The notes under the pieces: generated by a model
Databases searched by the model: none
What the model saw: the letters and a program-made list of their open reading frames with translations, nothing else
Told to the model about the DNA's origin: nothing
Shown here: positions 1 to 12,325 of the stretch, piece by piece
How the letters are laid out: each line of letters begins with the position of its first letter
Position numbering within the stretch: position 1 is the stretch's first letter
Made by a program: the position numbers and the translations under genes
Assembly: GCF_006345805.1 (NCBI RefSeq)
Contig: NC_042999.1
Coordinates: 131,502,001 to 131,566,000, forward strand
DNA from: Octopus sinensis
Lineage: Eukaryota
Direction: 5' to 3'
DNA: 64,000 nucleotides

Positions 1-374
1 TGTTGCATTGGATCTATCAAATACTTCTATACAAAGTTTTGTGTACAAGCAGAAATTGACAATTAATCAGGACGTCTCTATTCACTTGATCTTTGCACAA
101 AAGTTCAAGACATTCAAAATTTCTATGGTTATATATTATATATAACTATATTCAAATTAATCTGGACACTTTTGGTGATACTAAAATATAAAAATACACC
201 ATGGTTATTGTTATATGGTTGATATTTTTATCTTAGTATCACTGTAAAGTCTGAGTTATTGACAATTTTTTATATGCAGTTTAAGTAACTTTGAGAAAAG
301 AATAAAAATCAATAACCGCAATTTTGAAAGTTCTGTTCTGTCTTCTTTCTAGTGTGAAACATTACCTATACTCT

Positions 375-575
375 AAGCACAAGGTTCGAAATTTTGGGGG
401 AGGGGGCCAGTTGATTAGATGGACCCCAGTATGCAAATGGTACTTAATTTATTGACCCTGAAAGGATGAAAGGCAAAGTCAACCGTGGCAGAATTTGAAC
501 TCTGAACGTAAAGGCAGACGAAATACTGCTAAGCATTTCGCCTGGCGTGCTAACATTTCTGCCAGCTTGCCACCT
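375..575 (-). mobile_element. tRNA-derived SINE family A; other copies at 2542-2705(-), 20723-20905(-), 36965-37115(-), 52880-53090(-), 53112-53305(-), 55165-55368(-), 59612-59725(+), 59735-59940(+)
   Basis: Head GGCGGCGAGCTGGCAGAA (A box), GAGTTCAAATTC (B box), core GCCTTTCATCCTTTCGGGGTCGATAA, tail CAAAATTTC..CCTTGTGC. Confidence 0.85.
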
Positions 576-607
576 TAAAAACATTACTCATATACACACA
601 AAATATA

Positions 608-1006
608 TAGGTGCAGATGTGGCTGTGTGGTGAGAAGCTTGCTTCCCAACCACATGGTTCCAGGTTCAGTCCTACTGCATTGCACCTTGAGCAAATGTCT
701 TCTATGATAGCCTCAGGCCAATCAAAGTGTTGTGAGTGGATTTGATAGACAGAAACTGAAAGAAGCCCATTGTGTGCATGTGTGCGCTCTTGTGTGTGTT
801 TTCATGTCTGTTTGTCCACCACTTGACAACCAGTGTTGGTTCGTTTATATCCCCAAAACTTAGCAGTTCAGCAAAGAAACCAATAGAATAAGTACCAGGC
901 TTTAAAAAAAGAGAAAAGAAGTACTGGGGTTGATTTATTCAACTAAAAGTTCTTCAAAGCAGTAACCCAGCATGGCCACAGTCTAATGACTGAAACAGAT
1001 AAAAGA
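608..1006 (+). mobile_element. tRNA-derived SINE family B; other copies at 4772-5170(-), 25975-26142(-, partial), 30040-30395(-), 31322-31710(+), 56103-56260(+, partial), 57880-58242(+)
   Basis: Head GTGGCTGTGTGGTAAG..GGTTCAGTCCC, CACCTTGGGCAAGTGTCTT, internal (TG)n, tail GACTGAAACAAGTAAAAGA. Confidence 0.85.
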
Positions 1007-2794
1007 TATTTGTGCCTAGAAATGTTAGATGTATTGAGAACAAATATATATATATGAAAATATAATATTGAAACAAAGTTTTTGAAACTATTGGCATGTG
1101 TTTATACTTTTGCTTAGCACTCTGAAATAAATATTTATCAACTAGAGAAGTTCCTGCTCATTTGAATGGAACTATACCAAAGGCAAATACTGGTAAATTA
1201 AACCACTATAAGAAATTTAATACAAAAAGCCAATGAAAGCCTTAATCTTTGTTACGCCCAAATTTTAACCTAAATTCTTCATCTTATTCTTTGAAAGATT
1301 TGTTTGATATACCAATAAGTCATTTGATAACTAAATGATATCTCAATATTAAAGCTATAATAGATATTAGAACTAAATAAATTACACCAAAAATGTTATA
1401 TACTGTTAAATATTGACAGTCTAAGTAAAAAAAGAAAAACATCTTTTTATTTCATAATCAATTGATACATCAACACAGAAACAGCATAACTGATAAATAT
1501 AAAATATTCCATTTTAATCTATAATCACAAAACAAATAATTAGTTTAACCAACTTTTCGTTCATGCAATTTAGAGTCAAAAATTTATGAGCTAATCAAAA
1601 TCAAAACCACAAAACCCTAATCTAAATTTGCTTAACATATGCTTACATAGACTTATCACTCCTGCAAGAATTATTACATCACTAACAGATTAACAAATGC
1701 ATAAATGAATACAGATTTCACTAAGTGAAAGAGAGCAGTGTAGTTATGTGAATGACATTTTTTATTTCATCAACCTTAAAAGCAATTGAAGGTACAGTAA
1801 TATAAAGAGCCTCAGTTAGATACTGTAAAGCACTCTTGATGACTTTGGGTCTCTTTCAAGATATTCATGCTCATCTTGTTAAAAATATATATATATATAT
1901 ATACTATAGGGATAGGCTAGCTCCAGTCAGATTCACTTGAACAGACACATGTGGTAAAATCTTATCTCATTTAAGATCTGGCTGTTCGGTATTTAGGCTG
2001 AGACATGCTGTTAAAACTTGTGGCCCTATTTAAATGATGAAGAATTTGTTAAGGGAGATTCTGCTACAGCATAGAGTAGGTCAAGTGATTACATGGTTCA
2101 CATTATCAATAGAAGTAACTGGTTGTAACTAATTTAAGGCTTTAAGAATTTTTACATGCTCTCTCTCTTACACACACCAGCATAAACAGATAAGCATAGT
2201 GAATTCCAACAGAAAAATTCGATTAATTAAATATTAAACCAATAATTAAATTCGAGATCCTATTTATCAAAATAACAACAAAACAGCATATGAACACATT
2301 TACAGGTGATTTGTGGTTAGAATGACTGCAATCTACTTATAACTGTCCTTTACACAACTCTAATAAAAAATTAAATTACATAAACTATCAATTAATTTTG
2401 ATAAACTTTAAAAAGAAAAATACTATAAAAAGAAAAGTACATTCTTCTAATAAAATTAGTATGACTGCATTAACAACATATAATAGAAATTATTAAACCT
2501 ACTAAATAAATATATAGAGTAAAATAATTGTTTCTAATTCAGACAGGAGGCCTGAAATTTTGTGGGAAGGTGAATAGTCAATTATGTCAAATCCCAAAAG
2601 GATAAAAGGCTAAGTTGATCTCAGCAGGATTTGAACCCATAATGTAAAGAGTTGGGAGAAATACTGTAAGACATTTTATCCAACACTTGAACAATCAGCC
2701 CTCTACCGGCACCCTCTCAAATACTCCCCACACACACAAACACACATACCACTTTTTGCCATTTTCCTTCTTCCTGTTCTTTTCATGTTTTGCA

Positions 2795-3000
2795 AATTAC
2801 TTGGCAACCTCACCAGTGCTAGTGGCACAAAAAATAACACACCCAGAATACTTTGTAAAGTGGTTGGCATTAGGAAAGACGTCCAGCCATAGAAACCTGC
2901 CAGAGCTGACACTGGAGCTTGACATGGCCCTGCAGCTTACTGGATCCTGTCACACTGTCCAACTCATGCCAGCATGGAAACAGGATGTTAAATGATGATG
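2795..3000 (+). mobile_element. Old RTE 3' end; similar decayed ends at 7555-7740(-), 12355-12560(-), 33490-33570(+), 36080-36260(-), 36570-36770(-), 47545-47660(+), 48110-48160(+), 49520-49572(+)
   Basis: Shared terminus CCAACCCATGC[CT]AGCATGGAAA..G[GA][CT]GTTAAA[CT]GATGAT. Confidence 0.75.
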
Positions 3001-4558
3001 CTCATGATGTTCCATAGACAGAAAATAACAGGGTTTGTCACAATACATTTTACAAAAAATCTTTGAGCTTAACAGCAAAGAATAACAATAACTTCTAGAT
3101 TCATAAACCTAACTTAGTAAAATAATGAATAGTGTACTTTAGATACCATATTTCTATAGAAGTACATTGTTTTTCTTTTAATTAATTAAAAAAATGATGA
3201 AGAATATAGTAAAATGACTTTGTCGTTATTAAGCTACATAAATAAGCATAAAATGTTAAAAGTTTTAATGTCGATCACTTTAAAACAGGAAGTCTATACT
3301 ATAGAAATGAGGGCAGTCTTGGAAGGCTTGGCATTAAATGGGTTCGTGCTGCTGATATCTACAGTTAACCATAATTTTGGTGCTATATCAGAATTGGAGC
3401 ACTTAATTATCTATTTCATCACTATGAGAATTCAAAAAATGCATAAATTGGAAATAAAATTATCGACTTTTTCATTGCTGTTCTAAATTTATTATTCTTT
3501 ATGATAATTCAGTACATACCAGTCTAAATAAAGCAAAAACACCTACAAATTCATTCATTTCTTGCTAATCTTGTAATTTTTGTAAAGTCTCAGTGTTGGC
3601 AACGTGATTGGCTTTCATCCAATATTGAGAAAAATTTGCTAACGGCCATCAAACAAAGTAAATATCCAATTAAAACTTACTAACATTCACCCCTGAATAG
3701 AACACACCTTCTATTTTGACCTCTTTGGAAACTTTTCAGTTTTCTTCTTGCTTATCAATAGAAAGAAGTTTAAGGCTGCATATTTTTTATAAATGCTAGT
3801 TTCAAGCCAATAAGAATTGTTAATATGTATTTATGACGTTCATATGGATAACAGACTTAGTAACTGTTCTGATTCAGCTCTCAATCCTACTCTAATTTTT
3901 TTTTCTTATAATTATTAAATGAATACCCCTTGTTTCAGATCAATCTATAAGTGAAAAGAAAATAAGGAAAAAAAAATCAATGAATGTGAGAACTAAATTA
4001 GACTCTTTTACAGTCTCATGAACATAACTTGTATAAATCTATACAATAATCATGATAAACTATAGTAAGCTAAACAACTATTATACTCCTTTCACAATGA
4101 AATATTGAAAATAAATATTTAAATCTATTACAAATAAAATCTAGAACAAGTTAATTCCTAAAACTCTTATGAAGTTGTATTTTTGAGGAATGGTCATTTC
4201 ACTCAGTAAGATCTAATAACAAAGTATTGAAATCAATACTAAACATAAATGAAAATATTTTAAATAAATAAATAAAATAAATTTATGCCATTTGTAAATA
4301 TAAACTGCCATTATTTCCAAGTCCTTTTCGAAACTTGAAGCTGATAAACAAAACTAAACTAGGTCAATTTTTTTAACAGTAGAATAAGTAATATGATCAC
4401 TAAATTAAATCATAACTATTCTAATGATAAACATATAACTTTTTTGATAAATATAAAACTTTTATGATAACTATATAGTTTATTTGATAATAAATATATA
4501 TATTTTTGATTCTAACTACAAACTTTTTTGATAATAGTGATATAACTTGTTTGATCAC

Positions 4559-4590
<32 letters not shown>

Positions 4591-4604
4591 ATATATATAT
4601 GTAT

Positions 4605-4680
4605 AATATGTGACAATTATTCAGTTGCCATAATATAACTCTGAGTTTATTATGGCAACCAAATAATTGTCACATATATT
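4605..4680. repeat. Short palindrome derived from a PLE-type end, centred on AACTC-T-GAGTT
   Basis: Arms aatatgtgacaattatt.gttgccataat / attatggcaac.aataattgtcacatat; the right arm matches the sequence following the hammerhead motif at 29960-30000. Confidence 0.75.
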
Positions 4681-5169
4681 ACAAATAAATTTCTCTATTT
4701 ACATAATATTGAGGCCTCTTTCATTCTTTTTGTTGTCTTACCATTACTATATATATACATGTATATATATCTCTTTTACTTGTTTCAGTCATTTGACTGT
4801 GGCCATGCTGGAGCACCACCTTTAGTCGAGCAAATCAACCCCAGGACTTATTCTTTGTAAGCCTAGTACTTATTCTATCGGTCTCTTTTGCCGAACCACT
4901 AAGTTATGGGGACATAAACACACCAGCATCGGTTGTCAAGCGATGTTGGGGGGGGAGGACAAACACAACACATAAACATACACACATACATATATATATA
5001 CATATATACGACGAGCTTCTTTCAGTTTCCGTCTACCAAATCCACTCTCAAGGCTTTGGTCGGCCCGAGGCTATAGTAGAAGACACTTGCCCAAGGTGCA
5101 ACGCAGTGGGACTGAACCTGGAACCATGTGGTTCGTAAGCAAGCTACTTACCACACAGCCACTCCTACG

Positions 5170-5210
<41 letters not shown>

Positions 5211-5212
5211 AA

Positions 5213-6665
5213 CTTCTCTATGTTGATGACCTTGTACTTATAGATGAAAGTGTAGAAGAATTAGATTTAAAATTCCATTCCAAAAATGGAAACAAAACCT
5301 GGAATTAAAGGGTCTTAAGTTTAGTTTAGCAATGACTAAAGTTGTAATTAGCAGAAGAACAGATAGAAAATTAATCCATTTGGGTTCTATAGGTAGACAA
5401 GATGTAGGTAGAAATTCCATATGGTATGCTCAGTGCAAACTATGGACACATAAGAGGTGCAGTGGAATGAAAGGCAGGTTAACAGAGAAAGTAGAATTTG
5501 TTTGTGGAAGATGTGTAGGAACAATAAATAAGAGCACAAGGGGAAATAGATGTTATGAAATGCTCAAGAAGAATTAACAGTAAATAGTTAGTAGTGGAGG
5601 AGGATGCTCTAAAAGTATATTTGTTAGAATATGAATTGGCTGGAGAAAGTTCAGAGAACTTCCACTTGCCTTGGTGATAAAAGCCTCTCCCTCAGAATGA
5701 AAGGCAGATTGTTTGATGCCTGTGTACAAATGCTAAATGGCTGTGAAACTTGGCCTGTGAATGCAGAGGACATGCGAAGATTTGAAAGAAATGAAACAAG
5801 TATGCTCTCTGATGGATGTGCAATGTCAGTGTGCATGTACAACAAAGTACAAATGTGCTTTTTCTCTAAACACAACTTAAAGAAAAATTGGGCACAAGAG
5901 ACATCAGATGTGGTATGCAGTAGAGAAGATTGTGCTGGTATGGTCATGAGATGCAGATGGATGAGGAGAACTGTGATAGTGCCTATCACTAAATGTGGAA
6001 GGAACTTGTGGAAGAGCTAGACCTGGGAAGCTGTGGGATGAATTGTTGAAGACTAACCTCAAGATGATGAACCTCTCACAGAAGATGACAGAAGACAGAG
6101 ATGAATAGCTTTATACTGTGCTTGAGAAGACCCATCCATCTCAGCAGAATTGAGGCTCTGTCAAGCTTTCCCCCACAATTCATCTTCTACTTTCTTCACT
6201 TCCCACTACACTGAACTGATATCCTGTGCCCAACTTATTCTCTATCTCTAATCATCTGTCACACTATTTCCAGAATACTTCCCTATTATCTCATATTAAT
6301 GTTGTACTTGGACCTCATATATCTTTCTTTTCTCTCTCTCTCTCCCTCTAACTTTTCAGGTGGGCAAGCCATATATTTCCTTCTTCAGCAAGACACCTGC
6401 TCCTCTCTCTCTATCATAGTTTCTCTCTCCAGTCTATACCCTGCTCAGTGAGTAAATGGCAGCCTCACCATATTGGTGCCATGTAAAAATCATCTAGTAT
6501 ACTCTGTTAAGTGTATTAAGTGGTATTAGGAAGGGCATACAGTGGTAGAAACCATGTCAAAGTAGAACCTATTGGAGCCCTTGGGCTCTTCTCTTCTTGC
6601 CAAACCATCCAACCCATGCCAGCCTGGAAAAAGGGATGTTAAATGATAATGATGATGATAACGAT
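5213..6665 (+). mobile_element. Older decayed RTE LINE fragment with 3' UTR
   Basis: LLYVDDLVL, CKLWTHKRC..CGRC, NGCETW and a GRP-like end; many frameshifts; CCAACCCATGCCAGC..GTTAAATGAT tail. Confidence 0.85.
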
Positions 6666-6892
6666 CGCCTTTTTGATAATAACAATACCTGCTAAGTATA
6701 TAGCCCTTTTAATAACAATATAACATGTCTTATAACAACCATGTAGCTTCTTTCATAACAATTGAAGATGCCATACTTTGTTAATTAATTTTATAATTCT
6801 TTTAAGTTATTTTGCGAAAAAATGTTTTTCCTCAAGCAGATTTCCTTAATTGTACATATTTTCCATATGTAGTTTCAAATTATTTTCATATT

Positions 6893-7440
6893 TAGTTCTA
6901 CTTAATGTCACCTTGAGTTCACCCATGCAAAAAGATTGAAAGCAGGTACATTGTAACGTCTGCAAATGAACGACTTTGAAATTTGCTAATGGTCATTGTA
7001 AATGACCATGATAATGAAAACTTGACACCTTTGAAAGTAAATAGAGGATAGGTGTCACTGAGTATTAAATTTAATTTTGAGATGAATACCTTCTCATACT
7101 TCTTACTACCAGTCAATATTTGTCTGTGAAAGTAGAGACCACAAAGAGATTTTATCAAAAGTCCTGATCCATGAAGCCATCTTCTTCTCTGGTCACATTT
7201 GCATAAAATCAAAATAATCAGAGCAACCTTTACTTTTAAGGCATGTCATAGCATTGCCAATGAAGTTAATGTATTTAAAAACTCGACTGGATAAGCTGTC
7301 ATTTCTTTGTCTCTGTTTTCAATACTACCAACGCTTCTAAATGATGTAATATTTCCAGACAGTATTGCAAGAATATCATTGTTCAGTTTCAAAGCTTTTA
7401 ATTTTTAGGAGTTAAGATTATCGTTAATTATGCACCATCA
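6893..7440 (-). mobile_element. Helitron RepHel PIF1-like helicase C-terminal remnant
   Basis: YPVEFLNTL....HALKVKV, ILTG....KVFI, F...SFTMTISKFQ..SF and FLHG align to Helitron helicase YP.EFLN.L..HXL.LKVG, FAMTINKSQGQ and FSHGQLYV. Confidence 0.8.
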
Positions 7441-7862
7441 ATTGATTCTTCACTTGTGATGTCTGCTGAATCTCCAAACACGTCTAATTATATCTCTTTT
7501 ACTCTAATTAGCTCATGTTGTACCCCATTAGTTATTCTTACATCATTATGATCATCATCATCATTGAACATCCATTTTGCATGCTAGCATAGGTTGGATG
7601 GCTTGACAGGAACTGATAAGGCCAGAGACCATACCAGGTTCTATAGTCTGTCTTGGCTTGGTTTCTATGGCTGAAGCCCTTCCTAACACCAAATCACTCC
7701 ATAAAGTGTCCAGGGTGCTTTCTATGTGCTTTTTACATAGAAACTTGGTTATTTATTTGCCCATGCACCATTTCATAATATCAAGAAGCCATAGATCTGC
7801 CTCTTTTCTCACAGACTTAAAAATTTTACATCAAGCCAAAGCTGAGATAATTTAGCACAAGT

Positions 7863-7901
<39 letters not shown>

Positions 7902-8764
7902 GCTGAGACCTCCTTTGGTCATCATGACTGACCATGAGATTGCACCTAGAAAGTTACCTTCCCGGGCACAAGTCTGGGCAAGGTTGTTTATGGAAGACCA
8001 GCAGTCGCCCATGCATACCAGCCTCCCCTCTCCATGCCACCAGTGTTATCCAGGGGAAAGGCAAAGGGGCCGATACAGCTTGGCAGCTGAGTGAACTGGA
8101 GCAACGTGAAATAAAGTATCTTGCTCAAGAACACAACACGCAGCCCGGTCTGGGATTCAAACTCACAACCTCATGATTGTAAGCTCAACACTCTAACCAC
8201 TGAGCAATGTGCCTTCACAAATATATCTATTACATCATATCTATTATATCATATTATAGGCACACACCTGTAAAAACAATACTTCAATACACATTCATTC
8301 AATCTTAGTTAGCACTGAAAAACATGTGAATGAATGAATATATATAAGAATACACACACACACATTCAGAATGTCACTATAATTGGTTGGACGGTGATGA
8401 TTTGTGCTGACATGGAAACACAAACTGAAGAGGTATATGATTACCTGAAATCTAGGAGCCCTCTGATCATTGCTGGAGTATCAGTGGCAAAAAATAAAAG
8501 GCCTTGCAAAGTATAGAGCATGCTTTACGAGATTCTCAGTCCATGTGAATTTAATATAATTATTTGTTGGTGCCCACTAAGGCTCTGACTTCAGCTTTCT
8601 TTTCTTTTTCTAGATTTACCAGGAACAACAAACAAAGGCACCTAGAGAACTTCATTGATCTTTGCAAATCTATTGAACTGTTTAAGGTCAAAACTAGAAG
8701 AATTGAACTAGGGAATAAATGCCTGATAGCAAACAAAGCTGAAACTAATATTACAATTATTTAA

Positions 8765-8985
8765 CCCTTTAGTATTTAAACCAGCCATATCTGGCCCAAA
8801 TATTCTATTAGTTTTACATTCAAACTACTCAGATATGGCCCCACACACCTACTCCACAATGACATTCTAGAAATAAACAATCATATAATTGAAATCTCAA
8901 AGCTACAAGATAAATACATGATTAGTTCAAAACAATGTGAACGAATAAGCATTACATTTGACAGAGAATTCTGAATGATAAAGGG
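8765..8985. mobile_element. piggyBac-type MITE, family A
   Basis: TTAA-CCCTTT ... AAAGGG-TTAA; the interior matches 50521-50733 in reverse. Confidence 0.85.
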
Positions 8986-9127
8986 TTAACAAGTGGATAT
9001 GAAATACCAACAATATCAGGGAAATCGAGGAATATGTGTTGCTCTATTAACAGGAAAAGAAAATGAAAAAAATTAATACTGAGTAATCTGAGTAAATAAT
9101 GATTACACAAAAGTTATAGTGCACATT

Positions 9128-9400
9128 TGGTAGATTGACAGAGCAACTGACAGTGTCTGATAGAGAGACAAAGAAATTGACAGTGTCTGGTAAATTGAAA
9201 AGATATTGATAGCATCTGGTAGATTAACAAAGAAATTGACAATATTGGGTAGATTAACAAAAATATTGGCAGCATCAGAAAGATTGACTAAGAAATTGAT
9301 AGTGTCTGGTAGATTGACAAAGTAATTACAGTGTCTGGTAGATGTGAAAGATATTAGCAGCATCTGGTAGATTGACAAAGAAATTGACAGTATCTGATAG
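9128..9400. repeat. Degenerate ~30-bp minisatellite, about 9 units
   Basis: Consensus GGTAGATTGACAAAGAAATTGACAGTGTCT; some units are 29 bp. Confidence 0.85.
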
Positions 9401-9419
9401 ACATACTAAACATCTGGGA

Positions 9420-10010
9420 GAAGGACAACAGAAACTGTCAACCTCTGGGAAAACAACAAACAAGAGTCTGCCAGTGTATATTGCACAAAATAGCATACAC
9501 ATCACAGTATACAGAAGCCATAAACTGAAAAACCATTCACTGTATGGATAGCTTTCCGAAAGCAGTCAATATATTCTGATAGCTGCCAAATATAATCAGT
9601 GTTGGAGATATAACTATTGATAGCCAACAAAGGATTTCTTTCTAAATGCAAAAAGTAGACTATGAGAAATATAATCCTGCACAGTGAGTTATAAAAGTCA
9701 CTGTATACTAAAAGCATCAAACAAGGTTTTTAGTTATAGGTGAGTTGCAACAATCAGAAATACTCGAGCAGATCTCTAATACTGAGATCATTAACAGAAT
9801 AGTTGGAACTAACCATCAGATGTTCTGGATATGTTGTGTTTTGGTTTTGTTTAAGATAACATCCTGGAGAAGTTAGCTCTCTGGTCTCTTCCCTCCAAAA
9901 ATATTTTTTAACTTAGAAGAAAAAGAGCCTCCAAATCTGGTGAAAAGAAAGGAAGAAGCTATCCTCAGAGCCCACTACTAGCAACAAAATGGAATACTAG
10001 CATACAGATT
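9420..10010 (+). mobile_element. Very old non-LTR RT remnant, possibly R4-like
   Basis: VWIAFRKQ at about 9542-9566 resembles the (A)WIDY/F.KA motif; otherwise heavily decayed. Confidence 0.3.
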
Positions 10011-11049
10011 ACTACCATCCAAAATGTCACTTCTGTTTTGCAACCTAAATATGAATGCAATAATAGCAAACAATAAGGACTAGGTTAGTGCACAGTCTTA
10101 ATTCATTTGAAGTTATCAACCTAACACAGATTTCAACCAAATGAAACAATCAACTTTGCAACTATTTTGGTATAACTTTCCCCTTTCACATTGTTAGATG
10201 CTTTCCATCTTCAGTAATATTTATTATATTATTTTACTTTTATATCACACTGCTTCAAGCAAACTACAATGCTTTTCTATTTTGGTGTATGCTTTATTTG
10301 TCTTGATTAGATGAGAATTGTAAATTTGCAATATCAGGCTATCAGCATGAATTATATATCTAACATGGAAGGTGGCAAGGGAAAATAGAATTAGGCATAC
10401 AGGAAAAGAAAAAAAAATCAGTTAGGAACAGATTATGAGGTTACATAATGGCTGGAAAATTATGATTGATGAGTTCAGTGTAGAATGTACTCATATCAGA
10501 TAGAGACCAGAGAAAACTTATGATGAAATAGTTTGGTCATACTAAAAAATGGTATGACTTCCATGTGATAGCATGAAGCTAAGAAGACAGCTGATTTTTG
10601 TAGATTTGGCCTACCAACACTAATGTTGAAAAAAAAATGAGTAGCACAATGATGATGATGATTAAATAACAAAGTTTATAAAAAAAAAGAGATAAACCAT
10701 TTTTTCTACTAATAAGTTCTAAATGATATTAATCCAATCTAATAAAAATCAAGATTTATATAAAAAAATAATTCTGTTATACTACTGTGAGAGAAGAGGA
10801 ACAGAAAAATTATAAAACTAAAAGGTTAAATTCCTAATTTCTGTTAATTATTTTAGCATGCTAAGATATTATTATAATTAGGTCTGAAATTAAAATTGAC
10901 CTAGTTGATATCAAATTTTTAGAAATTTCTTTTAACATAAGAAAAAAAAGAAATTTTGCAAGACTATAACTGAGTTCATAGAATTTAGCTTATGCTAAAT
11001 TCTATGAAGCAGCAACTCCCTAAATAATTCACATCTATAAAATGTGACT

Positions 11050-11330
11050 GACATTTGTTGTTGTATATACATACTGAAGCAATGAAATCACTAAGTTTCC
11101 CATAGCAATCCCTTTTATTTATACAAAAAGCTTATCAACAATGGCATGACAGCTTTTTTTAAATTCAGTGCTAATAACAGGTTCTCTATGATTTTCCTCC
11201 ATATCAATGCAATGAGAGCTGACAGTCAATATGAAAGTTGTGAACATGGAATAGATACAGCAAAAGCATTGAAGTTTCACAATTTTAGTAGCAGCAGCAT
11301 TGTATTGCATGTTCTTCTTAACTCAAGGTG
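11050..11330 (-). mobile_element. Possible PLE RT remnant
   Basis: DKLFV*IKGIAMGN resembles the PLE RT motif Y.Q..G.AMG. Confidence 0.3.
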
Positions 11331-12106
11331 AGGGTTACACAAGAATGCAAAGTTGTCTTACTCCTTAGCTAATTTCTCTTTCAGTTTTAATAATCTTAAT
11401 CAGTTTCAGTTACTACATTCCAGTATGGTATCCTAGTTGCATTGTATTATGATAATACAACAGTTCATTGATAACTTTGATCACACACCCATACCATAAA
11501 AGTTTTAGTGTAGTCTACCTACCTCAGTTTCACATAGCAGATTTAGTATATTATACATAGTAAATATCAGTACTGTCAGATCATCTAGTTTAATTCTGTA
11601 CCATCAAATTCACACATACACTCCTACACATGTAAACAGAAACACATTGCTGTCATAGTTTAAATTTTAAAACAACTGTATTCACACTCTAAGAAATATA
11701 TTTCTCATTGGAGTAAAACACAGATCTTATATTTGAGTTACTTAGGCCATATGTAGGTTTTTTGCATGAGAGTTGGATTTTTCAGATATGAATGTCAACT
11801 TGTGAATTAGGATGTGACTAACAATCAACCTCAAAAACAAATAGCTATGGTGGAAAATCAGGTTCAAGTGGCACTAATAATTCTACAAAACACAATATAT
11901 ATTTGTTTTATGACGAGATGAGTAAGAGTTGTCTTAAAATAAATTGTTTGCTTTCATGACAATAATTACGAGTTCACCTATCATTCTACATGTTTAAAAT
12001 AACACTTATGTTTAAGAAATTATTAGAGAGTAAATTTTCTGTGGGTAATAGATGAAAACCTGAAGCTTTGTACTCCAGTTAAAATTTAATACTAATAGTG
12101 CTTTAA

Positions 12107-12325
12107 CCCTTTCGTTACCAACCCGGCTGAAACCGGCTCTGGCTCTGTAGTACAAATGTCTTGTTTTCATAAGTTTTGAATTAAAATCTTCCACCAAACC
12201 TTAGTCACAATTTGTGTCTAACACTAGCTTAACGGTAACTAAGTTATTTTACTAAATTCTTTGTTATATTTAAAGTAATTGAAAAAAACACAGAGCATCT
12301 CAAAATAAATACAGTAACGAAAGGG
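12107..12325. mobile_element. piggyBac-type MITE, family B
   Basis: TIR CCCTTTCGTTAC / GTAACGAAAGGG; TTAA TSDs at 12103-06 and 12326-29. Confidence 0.9.

Noticed and set aside
3200-3800. Possible hAT/ZBED-like remnant (FSILDE..VANTE across a frameshift)
   Set aside because: Only one short motif, requiring a frameshift; insufficient support.
8424-8460. CTGAAGA-GGTA..TACC-T-GAAA hammerhead-like string
   Set aside because: There is an extra base before GAAA, and no credible stem III/UH or stem I.
10005-10045. Possible RhoGAP exon 2 (KTEV on the minus strand)
   Set aside because: Wrong phase relative to exon 1, followed by TFW rather than LSED, and no good donor.
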